DNA of 64,000 bases from NCBI RefSeq assembly GCF_003019035.1, contig NZ_CP027447.1. One strand, given 5' to 3'. The notes under the pieces are model-generated. The model made no database searches. It was given only the letters and a program-made list of their open reading frames with translations, and was not told where the DNA came from. The position numbers were made by a program, and so were the translations under genes. This document shows, piece after piece, positions 13,778-24,898 of the stretch. Source of the DNA: Escherichia coli (GTDB lineage: Bacteria; Pseudomonadota; Gammaproteobacteria; Enterobacterales; Enterobacteriaceae). Numbering within the stretch: position 1 is the first letter of the stretch; each line of letters starts with the position of its first letter.

Positions 13778-16627
13778 CTACGATTCCCGCGATTTCCTGA
13801 CCCTCTCGGCATATACCGTCAGCGTCTGTTTTATCACATCCAGCGTTACCGGCTTCGACAGGCAGCTGTCCATACCGGACTCCAGACACCGCTGCTTCTC
13901 TTCAGCCAACGCATTAGCAGTTACTCCGATTACCGGCAACGTCAGTCCCAACTGACGAATGCGTTGCGTCAAGCGGTAACCATCCATATTTGGCATGTTG
14001 ACGTCGCTAAGCACGATATCAATATGATTCTTGCTAAGTACATTAAGCGCATCGACGCCATCATTCGCGGTTTTACATTGATAGCCCAACGATCCCAACT
14101 GATCTGCCAGCAGACGCCGGTTAATCGGATGATCATCCACGACCAGAATCATCATATCGTCATTATCGCTGACCGCTTTGTCCGTCGACGGCAGAGCGTT
14201 AGCAGGATCGTCGCTCTCCATCTCGATCAAATAAATACGCGCCAACAATGCCGGTAGCTCATGCGGGGCAGCCACACTGTGTACCCACTCCCCTGGCGCT
14301 TTCTCCAGCGGAATACCAATATGGCGACGACAGAAGGTCACTACCGCTCTACCCTGCCATTTTTTACTCACTACCTCGTCAGTAATTAACACATCTTCGG
14401 GAGTCGGTTCCTGCCCTTCGTATGTTGTAACGACGATGCCGCTGCGCTGCAAACTGGTTTCCAGGAACTGACAGAGCGACGCATTGCGGACCGCCAGCCA
14501 GCAGCGTTTACCACTCAACCCTTCCACGCCTTTTTTCTGCGGGTACTGAGCGCCGTACAACGGAATACGCACGGTAAACTGGCTGCCCATTCCCGGTTCT
14601 GAATCTACCGAGATGTCGCCGTCCATCATGCTGATCAGTTTTTCACAAATCGCCAGACCCAGACCGGTCCCCTGGAAGTTTCGCTGTACGCCCGTTCCGA
14701 CCTGGAAGAAGGGATCAAACAAGCGCACGACTTCTTTCGCCGGAATCCCCACGCCGGTATCGCGAACACGGATAGAGAGATAATCGCCATCAGCGCGAAC
14801 ATGCAAAACTATACAGCCGGTATCGGTGAATTTTATGGCGTTACTCAACAGGTTGGAGATGACCTGCTGTAAACGCATCGGGTCGCCATTTAAGGCCACT
14901 GGCACATCCGGTTCAATAAAGCAGTACAAGCCTAACTGCTTGCGTACCACCAGCGGTAAATAGTTGGCGGTGATGTGGTTCATCACTTCACGCGGTGAAA
15001 ACTCACGCGGTTCGATCTTCAACTGTTCTGATTCAATTTTCGAGAAATCGAGAATATCGCTGATAATTTTCAACAACAGGCTGGAAGAGTTGTTCATTGC
15101 CGTCACCAGACGATCGACGCCTTTCGGTAACTCTTTGGTTTGCAACAGATCCAGGTTACCGATAATGCCATACAGCGGCGTTCGCAGCTCATGACTGACG
15201 GTGGCAAGGAACATCGATTTTGACTGGCTCGCCTGTTCCGCTGCTTGTGCCATCTCCTGCAACGACTCTTCCATCTTCACGCGCGAAGATACATCCACCA
15301 GCACACAAATGGCCACGTTTTCATTACGATAGCGCGAATGGACGAAGCTGATTTGCAGATTGGTATTGTTGCTGGTCAGGACATCAACAAAATTGACCTG
15401 CTGCCCACAGATAATTTGTGTCAGCCGTTGGCGATCCTCATGCGTAAGCATATTGAGATAGGTATGCGCCAGTTCGTTACTTAAAATATTGACGCCATCA
15501 GCGGTACGCAAAATGCAGATACCCACTGGCGCGGAGGCGACAATCTTGCGATTAAACTGCTCATGTTCTTCCAGTCGCAGGGCGTCGCTTTCCGCCGGAA
15601 TGAAAATACGTCGCTCGTACATCCGCGCGAGAGTAAACAATGCAGCTCCGGCAAGCACATTCAGCAAAATTGCGTTAAGGATCAACATGCGAATGCGTTC
15701 CAGCACCTTATCAACCGGCACCGAATACACGATGCTTAGCGATGAGGGTGGCAGATTTTTCTTCAGCACCAGCTCCCGGAACCCTTCCGTATAGCCAAAC
15801 CAGGAGCGTTCCTGCATCCAGCGAGGATCGCCCTTAATTTTGCTTTCTGGTCCGGTAAGCGAAATCAGGGTATGACCATTTTCATCAAGAATGGTAACCC
15901 CCATCGGCAACGTACCAGGTAAGAAAAAGTTCTCCATCCGGATGGTCTGCTCGACACCCAAAAGCGCCTGCAACCGGTTCGCCAGATAAACTGGCGTCAA
16001 CGCGTAAAAATACCCGACGCCAGGGCGCGGACCTTCGCTGATCCAGTAGAGGTTACTGCCACTATCATCTTGTGGTGCATTTCGATATTTATTAATGCGT
16101 TCATGCAACGCTTTTAGCGCGGTATCGCGTTCCACTGGCATATCACGCAGACCGAAATTGGCCATGCAGAGGTTATCGCTGCCGATTAAAAATACCCGGT
16201 TGAGATCGTAAGCCGCAGAAAAATTATCGCGCCAGTAGCGCATAAACCACGCCAATGACTCCAGAGAACCTCGCCAGGTGTTACTCATTGCGGAACAATC
16301 AGAGTCAGCAAACAGCGGTTCAAACGCAGGCACATCCGTCTGCGTTTCTCGTCCACGCGGGGAAAGCACACCGTTTTCTGCCGATAAGCGATTTTCGGCG
16401 ATGTACTTCAGCTCTTTCATCACATCAGAGGTGCGTTGAATAAAGCGCTGAGCCTGATCGGAACTCAGATTAAATTCCTGACGAATTTCCGATTCTCGCT
16501 GATGTAACGCATTAACGATGTAAAAAACGGATGAAAAAGCAATCAACAGCCAGAGCACTAACGCCAATGCTCTGAACATGTAGCGCGAGGCTTTCAGGGT
16601 TGTACGAAAAGAAGCAAGGTATTTCAA
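13778..16627 (-). CDS. rcsC: RcsC hybrid sensor histidine kinase
   Basis: 949-aa ORF MKYLASFRTTLKASRYMFRAL...; HisKA motif SHELRTP and C-terminal receiver domain. Confidence 0.93.
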   Translation of the reverse strand: MKYLASFRTTLKASRYMFRALALVLWLLIAFSSVFYIVNALHQRESEIRQEFNLSSDQAQRFIQRTSDVMKELKYIAENRLSAENGVLSPRGRETQTDVPAFEPLFADSDCSAMSNTWRGSLESLAWFMRYWRDNFSAAYDLNRVFLIGSDNLCMANFGLRDMPVERDTALKALHERINKYRNAPQDDSGSNLYWISEGPRPGVGYFYALTPVYLANRLQALLGVEQTIRMENFFLPGTLPMGVTILDENGHTLISLTGPESKIKGDPRWMQERSWFGYTEGFRELVLKKNLPPSSLSIVYSVPVDKVLERIRMLILNAILLNVLAGAALFTLARMYERRIFIPAESDALRLEEHEQFNRKIVASAPVGICILRTADGVNILSNELAHTYLNMLTHEDRQRLTQIICGQQVNFVDVLTSNNTNLQISFVHSRYRNENVAICVLVDVSSRVKMEESLQEMAQAAEQASQSKSMFLATVSHELRTPLYGIIGNLDLLQTKELPKGVDRLVTAMNNSSSLLLKIISDILDFSKIESEQLKIEPREFSPREVMNHITANYLPLVVRKQLGLYCFIEPDVPVALNGDPMRLQQVISNLLSNAIKFTDTGCIVLHVRADGDYLSIRVRDTGVGIPAKEVVRLFDPFFQVGTGVQRNFQGTGLGLAICEKLISMMDGDISVDSEPGMGSQFTVRIPLYGAQYPQKKGVEGLSGKRCWLAVRNASLCQFLETSLQRSGIVVTTYEGQEPTPEDVLITDEVVSKKWQGRAVVTFCRRHIGIPLEKAPGEWVHSVAAPHELPALLARIYLIEMESDDPANALPSTDKAVSDNDDMMILVVDDHPINRRLLADQLGSLGYQCKTANDGVDALNVLSKNHIDIVLSDVNMPNMDGYRLTQRIRQLGLTLPVIGVTANALAEEKQRCLESGMDSCLSKPVTLDVIKQTLTVYAERVRKSRES

Positions 16628-16793
16628 AGGGGCGAAGCTCCGCCTCAGGTGACCGATGGAGTGTGGTTAAGGTAGCGGTAAAAGCGTGTTACCGCAATGT
16701 TCTCTCTTCTCTGGAATATGATACACCGCCGAGAAATCATCACCTTAACCTCTGATAATCGTCATATACCGGACAAGACTAGTGGATTTCAGC

Positions 16794-18620
16794 ATGCATT
16801 ATATGAAGTGGATTTATCCACGCCGCTTACGCAATCAAATGATCCTGATGGCAATCCTGATGGTCATTGTCCCAACGCTTACTATTGGTTATATCGTAGA
16901 AACGGAAGGACGTTCAGCAGTCTTATCTGAAAAAGAGAAAAAACTTTCTGCCGTGGTCAACCTGCTTAATCAGGCGCTAGGCAATCGCTACGATCTCTAC
17001 ATCGACTTACCGCGTGAGGAGCGTATCCGCGCATTAAATGCAGAACTTGCCCCCATTACCGAAAATATCACTCACGCCTTCCCTGGCATCGGCGCTGGTT
17101 ATTATAACAAAACGCTGGATGCGATAATCACCTACGCGCCTTCAGCGCTATATCAGAATAATGTCGGCGTTACCATTGCCGCAGATCACCCTGGTCGCGA
17201 AGTCATGCGTACAAATACCCCTTTGGTTTATTCAGGCAGGCAGGTGCGCGGCGATATTTTGAATTCAATGATCCCCATTGAGCGTAATGGTGAAATCCTC
17301 GGCTATATCTGGGCCAATGAATTAACCGAAGATATTCGCCGCCAGGCCTGGAAAATGGATGTGAGGATTATCATTGTGCTCACCGCCGGTTTGCTGATAA
17401 GCCTGCTGTTGATTGTCCTTTTCTCCCGTCGCCTGAGCGCCAATATAGATATCATCACCGATGGCCTCTCGACTCTGGCACAAAATATTCCCACTCGATT
17501 ACCACAATTGCCCGGTGAAATGGGGCAAATCAGTCAGAGTGTTAACAACCTCGCCCAGGCACTGCGTGAAACGCGGACACTTAACGATCTGATTATTGAA
17601 AACGCTGCCGATGGCGTCATTGCCATTGACCGCCAGGGTGATGTAACCACCATGAACCCGGCAGCAGAAGTCATCACTGGCTATCAACGTCATGAACTGG
17701 TAGGGCAGCCTTACTCCATGTTGTTCGACAATACTCAGTTCTACAGTCCAGTACTGGATACGCTGGAACATGGCACCGAACATGTAGCGCTGGAGATCAG
17801 TTTTCCAGGCCGTGACCGCACCATTGAACTCAGTGTCACTACCAGTCGTATTCATAACACGCACGGTGAAATGATAGGTGCTTTGGTGATTTTCTCTGAT
17901 TTAACTGCCCGCAAAGAAACCCAGCGCCGCATGGCGCAAGCAGAACGCCTCGCCACACTGGGTGAGCTGATGGCTGGCGTGGCGCATGAAGTACGTAATC
18001 CGCTAACGGCTATTCGTGGTTATGTACAGATCTTGCGCCAACAAACCAGCGACCCAATACATCAGGAATATCTGTCCGTAGTACTCAAAGAAATCGATTC
18101 AATTAACAAAGTTATTCAGCAATTGCTCGAATTTTCACGTCCACGCCACAGTCAATGGCAACAAGTCAGCCTCAATGCATTGGTTGAAGAAACTCTGGTA
18201 CTGGTACAAACCGCCGGCGTACAAGCGCGGGTCGACTTCATAAGCGAACTGGATAATGAATTAAGCCCGATTAACGCCGATCGTGAACTGCTCAAACAGG
18301 TACTACTGAATATCCTGATCAATGCCGTCCAGGCTATCAGTGCACGAGGGAAAATTCGCATTCGAACCTGGCAATACAGCGACTCACAACAGGCCATTTC
18401 GATAGAGGACAACGGCTGTGGCATTGATCTCTCGCTGCAAAAAAAGATCTTCGATCCCTTTTTCACCACCAAAGCCTCAGGAACCGGGCTTGGTCTGGCG
18501 TTAAGTCAACGCATCATTAATGCCCATCAGGGTGATATTCGCGTCGCCAGTTTGCCGGGCTACGGCGCAACCTTCACGCTTATTTTACCGATCAACCCGC
18601 AGGGAAATCAGACTGTATGA
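16794..18620 (+). CDS. atoS: AtoS sensor histidine kinase
   Basis: ORF track begins at a GTG (16782); the ATG at 16794 gives MHYMKWIYPRRLRNQ...; H-box AHEVRNP. Confidence 0.9.
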   Translation: MHYMKWIYPRRLRNQMILMAILMVIVPTLTIGYIVETEGRSAVLSEKEKKLSAVVNLLNQALGNRYDLYIDLPREERIRALNAELAPITENITHAFPGIGAGYYNKTLDAIITYAPSALYQNNVGVTIAADHPGREVMRTNTPLVYSGRQVRGDILNSMIPIERNGEILGYIWANELTEDIRRQAWKMDVRIIIVLTAGLLISLLLIVLFSRRLSANIDIITDGLSTLAQNIPTRLPQLPGEMGQISQSVNNLAQALRETRTLNDLIIENAADGVIAIDRQGDVTTMNPAAEVITGYQRHELVGQPYSMLFDNTQFYSPVLDTLEHGTEHVALEISFPGRDRTIELSVTTSRIHNTHGEMIGALVIFSDLTARKETQRRMAQAERLATLGELMAGVAHEVRNPLTAIRGYVQILRQQTSDPIHQEYLSVVLKEIDSINKVIQQLLEFSRPRHSQWQQVSLNALVEETLVLVQTAGVQARVDFISELDNELSPINADRELLKQVLLNILINAVQAISARGKIRIRTWQYSDSQQAISIEDNGCGIDLSLQKKIFDPFFTTKASGTGLGLALSQRIINAHQGDIRVASLPGYGATFTLILPINPQGNQTV

Positions 18621-20002
18621 CTGCTATTAATCGCATCCTTATTGTGGATGATGAAGATAATGTTCGCCGTATGCTGAGCACCGCTTTTGCACTACAAGGT
18701 TTCGAAACACATTGTGCGAACAACGGACGCACAGCATTACACCTGTTTGCTGATATTCACCCTGACGTGGTGTTGATGGATATCCGCATGCCAGAGATGG
18801 ACGGCATCAAGGCGCTAAAGGAGATGCGCAGTAATGAGACCCGGACACCCGTTATTCTGATGACGGCCTATGCTGAAGTGGAAACCGCCGTCGAAGCGCT
18901 ACGCTGCGGGGCCTTCGACTATGTTATTAAACCGTTTGATCTCGATGAGTTGAATTTAATCGTTCAGCGCGCTTTACAACTCCAGTCAATGAAAAAAGAG
19001 ATCCGTCATCTGCACCAGGCACTGAGCACCAGCTGGCAATGGGGGCACATTCTCACCAACAGCCCGGCGATGATGGATATCTGCAAAGACACCGCCAAAA
19101 TTGCCCTTTCTCAGGCCAGCGTCTTGATTAGCGGTGAAAGCGGCACCGGGAAAGAGTTGATTGCCAGAGCGATTCACTACAATTCGCGGCGGGCAAAGGG
19201 GCCGTTCATTAAAGTCAACTGCGCGGCGCTGCCGGAATCGTTGCTCGAAAGTGAACTGTTTGGTCATGAAAAAGGTGCATTTACTGGTGCACAAACCTTG
19301 CGTCAGGGATTATTTGAACGTGCCAACGAAGGTACTCTGCTCCTCGACGAAATTGGTGAAATGCCGCTGGTACTGCAAGCCAAATTACTACGCATTCTGC
19401 AGGAACGGGAATTTGAACGGATTGGCGGCCATCAGACCATAAAAGTTGATATCCGCCTCATTGCTGCCACCAACCGCGACTTGCAGGCAATGGTGAAAGA
19501 AGGCACCTTCCGTGAAGATCTCTTTTATCGCCTTAACGTTATTCATTTAATACTGCCGCCTCTGCGCGATCGCCGGGAAGATATTTCCCTGTTAGCTAAT
19601 CACTTTTTGCAAAAATTCAGTAGTGAGAATCAGCGCGATATTATCGACATCGATCCGATGGCAATGTCACTGCTTACCGCCTGGTCATGGCCGGGAAATA
19701 TTCGAGAGCTTTCCAACGTTATTGAACGCGCCGTCGTGATGAATTCAGGCCCGATCATTTTTTCTGAGGATCTTCCGCCGCAGATTCGTCAGCCAGTCTG
19801 TAATGCTGGTGAAGCAAAAACAGCCCCTGTCGGTGAGCGTAATTTAAAAGAGGAAATTAAACGCGTCGAAAAACGCATCATTATGGAAGTGCTGGAACAA
19901 CAAGAAGGAAACCGAACCCGCACTGCTTTAATGCTGGGCATCAGTCGCCGTGCATTGATGTATAAACTCCAGGAATACGGTATCGATCCGGCGGATGTAT
20001 AA
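18617..20002 (+). CDS. atoC: AtoC sigma-54-dependent response regulator
   Basis: 461-aa ORF; receiver domain, AAA+ GESGTGKE and GAFTGA motifs, C-terminal HTH; ATGA overlap with atoS. Confidence 0.93.
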   Translation: MTAINRILIVDDEDNVRRMLSTAFALQGFETHCANNGRTALHLFADIHPDVVLMDIRMPEMDGIKALKEMRSNETRTPVILMTAYAEVETAVEALRCGAFDYVIKPFDLDELNLIVQRALQLQSMKKEIRHLHQALSTSWQWGHILTNSPAMMDICKDTAKIALSQASVLISGESGTGKELIARAIHYNSRRAKGPFIKVNCAALPESLLESELFGHEKGAFTGAQTLRQGLFERANEGTLLLDEIGEMPLVLQAKLLRILQEREFERIGGHQTIKVDIRLIAATNRDLQAMVKEGTFREDLFYRLNVIHLILPPLRDRREDISLLANHFLQKFSSENQRDIIDIDPMAMSLLTAWSWPGNIRELSNVIERAVVMNSGPIIFSEDLPPQIRQPVCNAGEAKTAPVGERNLKEEIKRVEKRIIMEVLEQQEGNRTRTALMLGISRRALMYKLQEYGIDPADV

Positions 20003-20136
20003 CGCCAAAACTTGCTATGCAGAAATTTGCACAGTGCGCAATTTTCTGCATAGCCGCTCATTCTCCTTATAAACCCCCATCTAATTTATCCTTTTCTATT
20101 CAATTAGTTAAATAACAACCCCCAATAATCTCATTC

Positions 20137-20151
20137 TGGCACTCCCCTTGC
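20137..20151 (+). promoter_or_regulatory. Sigma-54 (-24/-12) promoter of atoDAEB
   Basis: TGGCACtccccTTGC matches TGGCAC-N5-TTGC, about 45 bp upstream of atoD and downstream of the activator gene atoC. Confidence 0.8.
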
Positions 20152-20197
20152 TATTCCCTGACTGTACCCACAACGGTGTATGCAAGAGGGATAAAAA

Positions 20198-20860
20198 ATG
20201 AAAACAAAATTGATGACATTACAAGACGCCACCGGCTTCTTTCGTGACGGCATGACCATCATGGTGGGCGGATTTATGGGGATTGGCACTCCATCCCGCC
20301 TGGTTGAAGCATTACTGGAATCTGGTGTTCGCGACCTGACATTGATAGCCAATGATACCGCGTTTGTTGATACCGGCATCGGTCCGCTCATCGTCAATGG
20401 TCGAGTCCGCAAAGTGATTGCTTCACATATCGGTACCAACCCGGAAACAGGTCGGCGCATGATTTCTGGTGAGATGGACGTCGTTCTGGTGCCGCAAGGT
20501 ACGCTAATCGAGCAAATTCGCTGTGGTGGAGCTGGACTTGGTGGTTTTCTCACCCCAACAGGTGTCGGTACCGTCGTAGAGGAAGGCAAACAGACACTGA
20601 CACTCGACGGTAAAACCTGGCTGCTCGAACGCCCGCTGCGCGCCGACCTGGCGCTAATTCGCGCTCATCGTTGCGACACACTTGGCAACCTGACCTATCA
20701 ACTTAGCGCCCGCAACTTTAACCCCCTGATAGCCCTTGCGGCTGATATCACGCTGGTAGAGCCAGATGAACTGGTCGAAACCGGCGAGCTACAACCTGAC
20801 CATATTGTCACCCCTGGTGCCGTTATCGACCACATCATCGTTTCACAGGAGAGCAAATAA
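20198..20860 (+). CDS. atoD: Acetate CoA-transferase alpha subunit
   Basis: 220-aa [29 protein letters not shown]... Confidence 0.93.
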   Translation: MKTKLMTLQDATGFFRDGMTIMVGGFMGIGTPSRLVEALLESGVRDLTLIANDTAFVDTGIGPLIVNGRVRKVIASHIGTNPETGRRMISGEMDVVLVPQGTLIEQIRCGGAGLGGFLTPTGVGTVVEEGKQTLTLDGKTWLLERPLRADLALIRAHRCDTLGNLTYQLSARNFNPLIALAADITLVEPDELVETGELQPDHIVTPGAVIDHIIVSQESK

Positions 20861-21510
20861 TGGATGCGAAACAACGTATTGCGCGCCGTGTGGCGCAAGA
20901 GCTTCGTGATGGTGACATCGTTAACTTAGGGATCGGTTTACCCACAATGGTCGCCAATTATTTACCGGAGGATATTCATATCACTCTGCAATCGGAAAAC
21001 GGCTTCCTCGGTTTAGGCCCGGTCACGACAGCGCATCCAGATCTGGTGAACGCTGGCGGACAACCGTGCGGCATTTTACCCGGCGCAGCCATGTTTGATA
21101 GCGCCATGTCATTTGCGCTAATCCGTGGCGGTCATATTGATGCCTGCGTGCTCGGCGGTTTGCAAGTGGACGAAGAAGCAAACCTCGCGAACTGGGTAGT
21201 GCCTGGGAAAATGGTGCCCGGTATGGGTGGCGCGATGGATCTGGTAACCGGGTCGCGCAAAGTGATCATCGCCATGGAACATTGCGCCAAAGATGGTTCA
21301 GCAAAAATTTTGCGCCGCTGCACCATGCCACTCACTGCGCAACATGCGGTGCATATGCTGGTTACTGAACTGGCTGTCTTTCGTTTTATTGACGGCAAAA
21401 TGTGGCTCACCGAAATTGCTGACGGGTGTGATTTAGCCACCGTGCGTGCCAAAACAGAAGCTCGGTTTGAAGTAGCTGCCGATCTGAATACGCAACGGGG
21501 TGATTTATGA
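20860..21510 (+). CDS. atoA: Acetate CoA-transferase beta subunit
   Basis: 216-aa [32 protein letters not shown]...; overlaps atoD stop. Confidence 0.93.
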   Translation: MDAKQRIARRVAQELRDGDIVNLGIGLPTMVANYLPEDIHITLQSENGFLGLGPVTTAHPDLVNAGGQPCGILPGAAMFDSAMSFALIRGGHIDACVLGGLQVDEEANLANWVVPGKMVPGMGGAMDLVTGSRKVIIAMEHCAKDGSAKILRRCTMPLTAQHAVHMLVTELAVFRFIDGKMWLTEIADGCDLATVRAKTEARFEVAADLNTQRGDL

Positions 21511-22829
21511 TTGGTCGCATATCGCGTTTTATGACGCGTTTTGTCAGCCGGTGGCTTCCCGATCCACTGATCTTTGCCATGTTGCTGACATTGCTAACAT
21601 TCGTGATCGCGCTTTGGTTAACACCACAAACGCCGATCAGCATGGTGAAAATGTGGGGTGACGGTTTCTGGAACTTGCTGGCGTTTGGTATGCAGATGGC
21701 GCTTATCATCGTTACCGGTCATGCCCTTGCCAGCTCCGCTCCGGTGAAAAGTTTGCTGCGTACTGCCGCCTCCGCCGCAAAGACGCCCGTACAGGGCGTC
21801 ATGCTGGTTACTTTCTTCGGTTCAGTCGCTTGTGTCATCAACTGGGGATTTGGTTTGGTTGTCGGCGCAATGTTTGCCCGTGAAGTCGCCCGCCGAGTAC
21901 CCGGTTCTGATTATCCGTTGCTCATTGCCTGCGCCTACATTGGTTTTCTCACCTGGGGTGGCGGTTTCTCTGGCTCAATGCCTCTGTTGGCTGCAACACC
22001 GGGCAACCCGGTTGAGCATATCGCCGGGCTGATCCCGGTGGGCGATACTCTGTTCAGTGGTTTTAACATTTTCATCACTGTGGCGTTGATTGTGGTGATG
22101 CCATTTATCACCCGCATGATGATGCCAAAACCGTCTGACGTGGTGAGTATCGATCCGAAACTACTCATGGAAGAGGCTGATTTCCAAAAGCAGCTACCGA
22201 AAGATGCCCCACCATCCGAGCGACTGGAAGAAAGCCGCATTCTGACGTTGATCATCGGCGCACTCGGTATCGCTTACCTTGCGATGTACTTCAGCGAACA
22301 TGGCTTCAACATCACCATCAATACCGTCAACCTGATGTTTATGATTGCGGGTCTGCTGCTACATAAAACGCCAATGGCTTATATGCGTGCTATCAGCGCG
22401 GCAGCACGCAGTACTGCCGGTATTCTGGTGCAATTCCCCTTCTACGCGGGGATCCAACTGATGATGGAGCATTCCGGTCTGGGCGGACTCATTACCGAAT
22501 TCTTCATCAATGTTGCGAACAAAGACACCTTCCCGGTAATGACCTTTTTTAGTTCTGCACTGATTAACTTCGCCGTTCCGTCTGGCGGCGGTCACTGGGT
22601 TATTCAGGGACCTTTCGTGATACCCGCAGCCCAGGCGCTGGGCGCTGATCTCGGTAAATCGGTAATGGCGATCGCCTACGGCGAGCAATGGATGAACATG
22701 GCACAACCATTCTGGGCGCTGCCAGCACTGGCAATCGCCGGACTCGGTGTCCGCGACATCATGGGCTATTGCATCACTGCCCTGCTCTTCTCCGGCGTCA
22801 TTTTCGTCATTGGTTTAACGCTGTTCTGA
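21507..22829 (+). CDS. atoE: Short-chain fatty acid transporter
   Basis: 440-aa polytopic membrane ORF; overlaps atoA stop. Confidence 0.9.
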   Translation: MIGRISRFMTRFVSRWLPDPLIFAMLLTLLTFVIALWLTPQTPISMVKMWGDGFWNLLAFGMQMALIIVTGHALASSAPVKSLLRTAASAAKTPVQGVMLVTFFGSVACVINWGFGLVVGAMFAREVARRVPGSDYPLLIACAYIGFLTWGGGFSGSMPLLAATPGNPVEHIAGLIPVGDTLFSGFNIFITVALIVVMPFITRMMMPKPSDVVSIDPKLLMEEADFQKQLPKDAPPSERLEESRILTLIIGALGIAYLAMYFSEHGFNITINTVNLMFMIAGLLLHKTPMAYMRAISAAARSTAGILVQFPFYAGIQLMMEHSGLGGLITEFFINVANKDTFPVMTFFSSALINFAVPSGGGHWVIQGPFVIPAAQALGADLGKSVMAIAYGEQWMNMAQPFWALPALAIAGLGVRDIMGYCITALLFSGVIFVIGLTLF

Positions 22830-22859
22830 CGGCAACCCTACAGACAGAAGGAATATAAA

Positions 22860-24044
22860 ATGAAAAATTGTGTCATCGTCAGTGCGGTACGTACTGCTAT
22901 CGGTAGTTTTAACGGTTCACTCGCTTCCACCAGCGCCATCGACCTGGGGGCGACAGTAATTAAAGCCGCCATTGAACGTGCAAAAATCGATTCACTACAC
23001 ATTGATGAAGTGATTATGGGTAACGTGTTGCAAGCCGGGCTGGGGCAAAATCCGGCGCGTCAGGCACTGTTAAAAAGCGGGCTGGCAGAAACGGTGTGCG
23101 GATTCACGGTCAATAAAGTGTGTGGTTCGGGTCTTAAAAGTGTGGCGCTTGCCGCCCAGGCAATTCAGGCAGGTCAGGCGCAAAGCATTGTGGCGGGGGG
23201 TATGGAAAATATGAGTTTAGCGCCCTACTTACTCGATGCAAAAGCACGCTCTGGTTATCGTCTTGGAGACGGACAGGTTTATGACGTAATCCTGCGCGAT
23301 GGTCTGATGTGCGCCACTCATGGTTATCATATGGGGATTACCGCCGAGAACGTGGCCAAAGAGTACGGAATTACCCGAGAAATGCAGGATGAACTGGCGC
23401 TACATTCACAGCGTAAAGCGGCAGCCGCAATTGAGTCCGGTGCTTTTACAGCCGAAATCGTCCCGGTAAATATTGTCACCCGGAAGAAAACCTTCGTCTT
23501 CAGTCAAGACGAATTCCCGAAAGCGAATTCAACGGCTGAAGCGTTAGGTGCATTGCGCCCGGCCTTCGATAAAGCAGGAACAGTCACCGCCGGGAACGCG
23601 TCTGGTATTAACGACGGTGCTGCCGCTCTGGTGATTATGGAAGAATCTGCGGCGCTGGCAGCAGGCCTTACCCCCCTGGCTCGCATTAAAAGTTATGCCA
23701 GCGGTGGCGTGCCCCCCGCATTGATGGGTATGGGGCCAGTACCTGCCACGCAAAAAGCGTTACAACTGGCGGGGCTGCAACTGGCGGATATTGATCTCAT
23801 TGAGGCTAATGAAGCATTTGCCGCACAGTTCCTTGCCGTTGGGAAAACCCTGGGCTTTGATTCTGAGAAAGTGAATGTCAACGGCGGGGCCATCGCGCTC
23901 GGGCATCCTATCGGTGCCAGTGGTGCTCGTATTCTGGTCACACTATTACATGCCATGCAGGCACGCGATAAAACGCTGGGGCTGGCAACACTGTGCATTG
24001 GTGGTGGCCAGGGAATTGCGATGGTGATTGAACGGTTGAATTAA
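22860..24044 (+). CDS. atoB: Acetyl-CoA acetyltransferase (thiolase II)
   Basis: 394-aa [24 protein letters not shown]...; thiolase active-site motifs. Confidence 0.95.
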   Translation: MKNCVIVSAVRTAIGSFNGSLASTSAIDLGATVIKAAIERAKIDSLHIDEVIMGNVLQAGLGQNPARQALLKSGLAETVCGFTVNKVCGSGLKSVALAAQAIQAGQAQSIVAGGMENMSLAPYLLDAKARSGYRLGDGQVYDVILRDGLMCATHGYHMGITAENVAKEYGITREMQDELALHSQRKAAAAIESGAFTAEIVPVNIVTRKKTFVFSQDEFPKANSTAEALGALRPAFDKAGTVTAGNASGINDGAAALVIMEESAALAAGLTPLARIKSYASGGVPPALMGMGPVPATQKALQLAGLQLADIDLIEANEAFAAQFLAVGKTLGFDSEKVNVNGGAIALGHPIGASGARILVTLLHAMQARDKTLGLATLCIGGGQGIAMVIERLN

Positions 24045-24054
24045 CCAATAAAAA

Positions 24055-24090
24055 CACCCGATAGCGAAAGTTATCGGGCGTTTTCTTGAA
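24055..24090. terminator. Bidirectional rho-independent terminator between convergent atoB and yfaP
   Basis: Hairpin CCCGATAGCGAAAGTTATCGGG flanked by T-runs on both strands. Confidence 0.75.
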
Positions 24091-24117
24091 CATCGACGGC
24101 GAAGGTAACCCCATTAA

Positions 24118-24894
24118 TCACCAGTCAAAACTTTTCACCAGCGTCAGCTCGCCAGCATTACGCATCGGTACAATAAATGTTTCCTGTTTCTCATTGACCG
24201 ATCCTTCATCGGTGATCAGCGTCAGTTGGGCGGTGGTTAATTCCGTTTCGCTGCGTCCGCCATAGTAGTTGATATACACCTGATAGCGCCCGTGAACTGG
24301 CGCTGGCATGGCGAAAATCTCGGGGCCGTACCCCGTCGTGACATCCATATCCAGTGCACCACTGTTGTTCAGCACGGTGTTACCGTACCAGGCGTGTTCG
24401 CCATCGGGCGTAACAACGTGAAGGTCGAGGTCGGTATTGTCCGTATCCCACGAGAGAACCAGCCGTAAACGTGCACGAATCGTTCCTGTACCCGGCGTTG
24501 AGTAAAACTGCATTTTTTGCCGGCTTTGCCCATCCGGGCTGATGACCTGCACGCTGTTGCTGCCTTCAGTGAAAATATAAGGGCGTGCAAATGAACCATC
24601 GGATTCAATTCTCTGCGGCATACTGGCACCGTTGACCACCAGCCGGCCCTGCTGAACTTTACCCGCCGCAGCATAATTCTTTATTTTGCCGCGGATCTGC
24701 GCTGAGATATTTTGATCATCTGCCATGTTGACGGACGACGCCGGGTAATTGATCGATTGTGAAAAACTGGCATCTTCGCCCTCTGCCGGATGCCAGCCAG
24801 AGAGCGGTGCATCAATCTCGACTTCCTGCACACCTTCACTGTGAGCGACAGGCGAAAGCGCCACCAGTAACAACGGAAGAAAAATCTTTCGCAT
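24118..24894 (-). CDS. yfaP: YfaP, secreted protein of unknown function (DUF2135-type), last gene of the alpha-2-macroglobulin operon
   Basis: 258-aa ORF with signal peptide MRKIFLPLLLVALSPVAHS. Confidence 0.85.
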   Translation of the reverse strand: MRKIFLPLLLVALSPVAHSEGVQEVEIDAPLSGWHPAEGEDASFSQSINYPASSVNMADDQNISAQIRGKIKNYAAAGKVQQGRLVVNGASMPQRIESDGSFARPYIFTEGSNSVQVISPDGQSRQKMQFYSTPGTGTIRARLRLVLSWDTDNTDLDLHVVTPDGEHAWYGNTVLNNSGALDMDVTTGYGPEIFAMPAPVHGRYQVYINYYGGRSETELTTAQLTLITDEGSVNEKQETFIVPMRNAGELTLVKSFDW

Positions 24895-24898
24895 AGCA

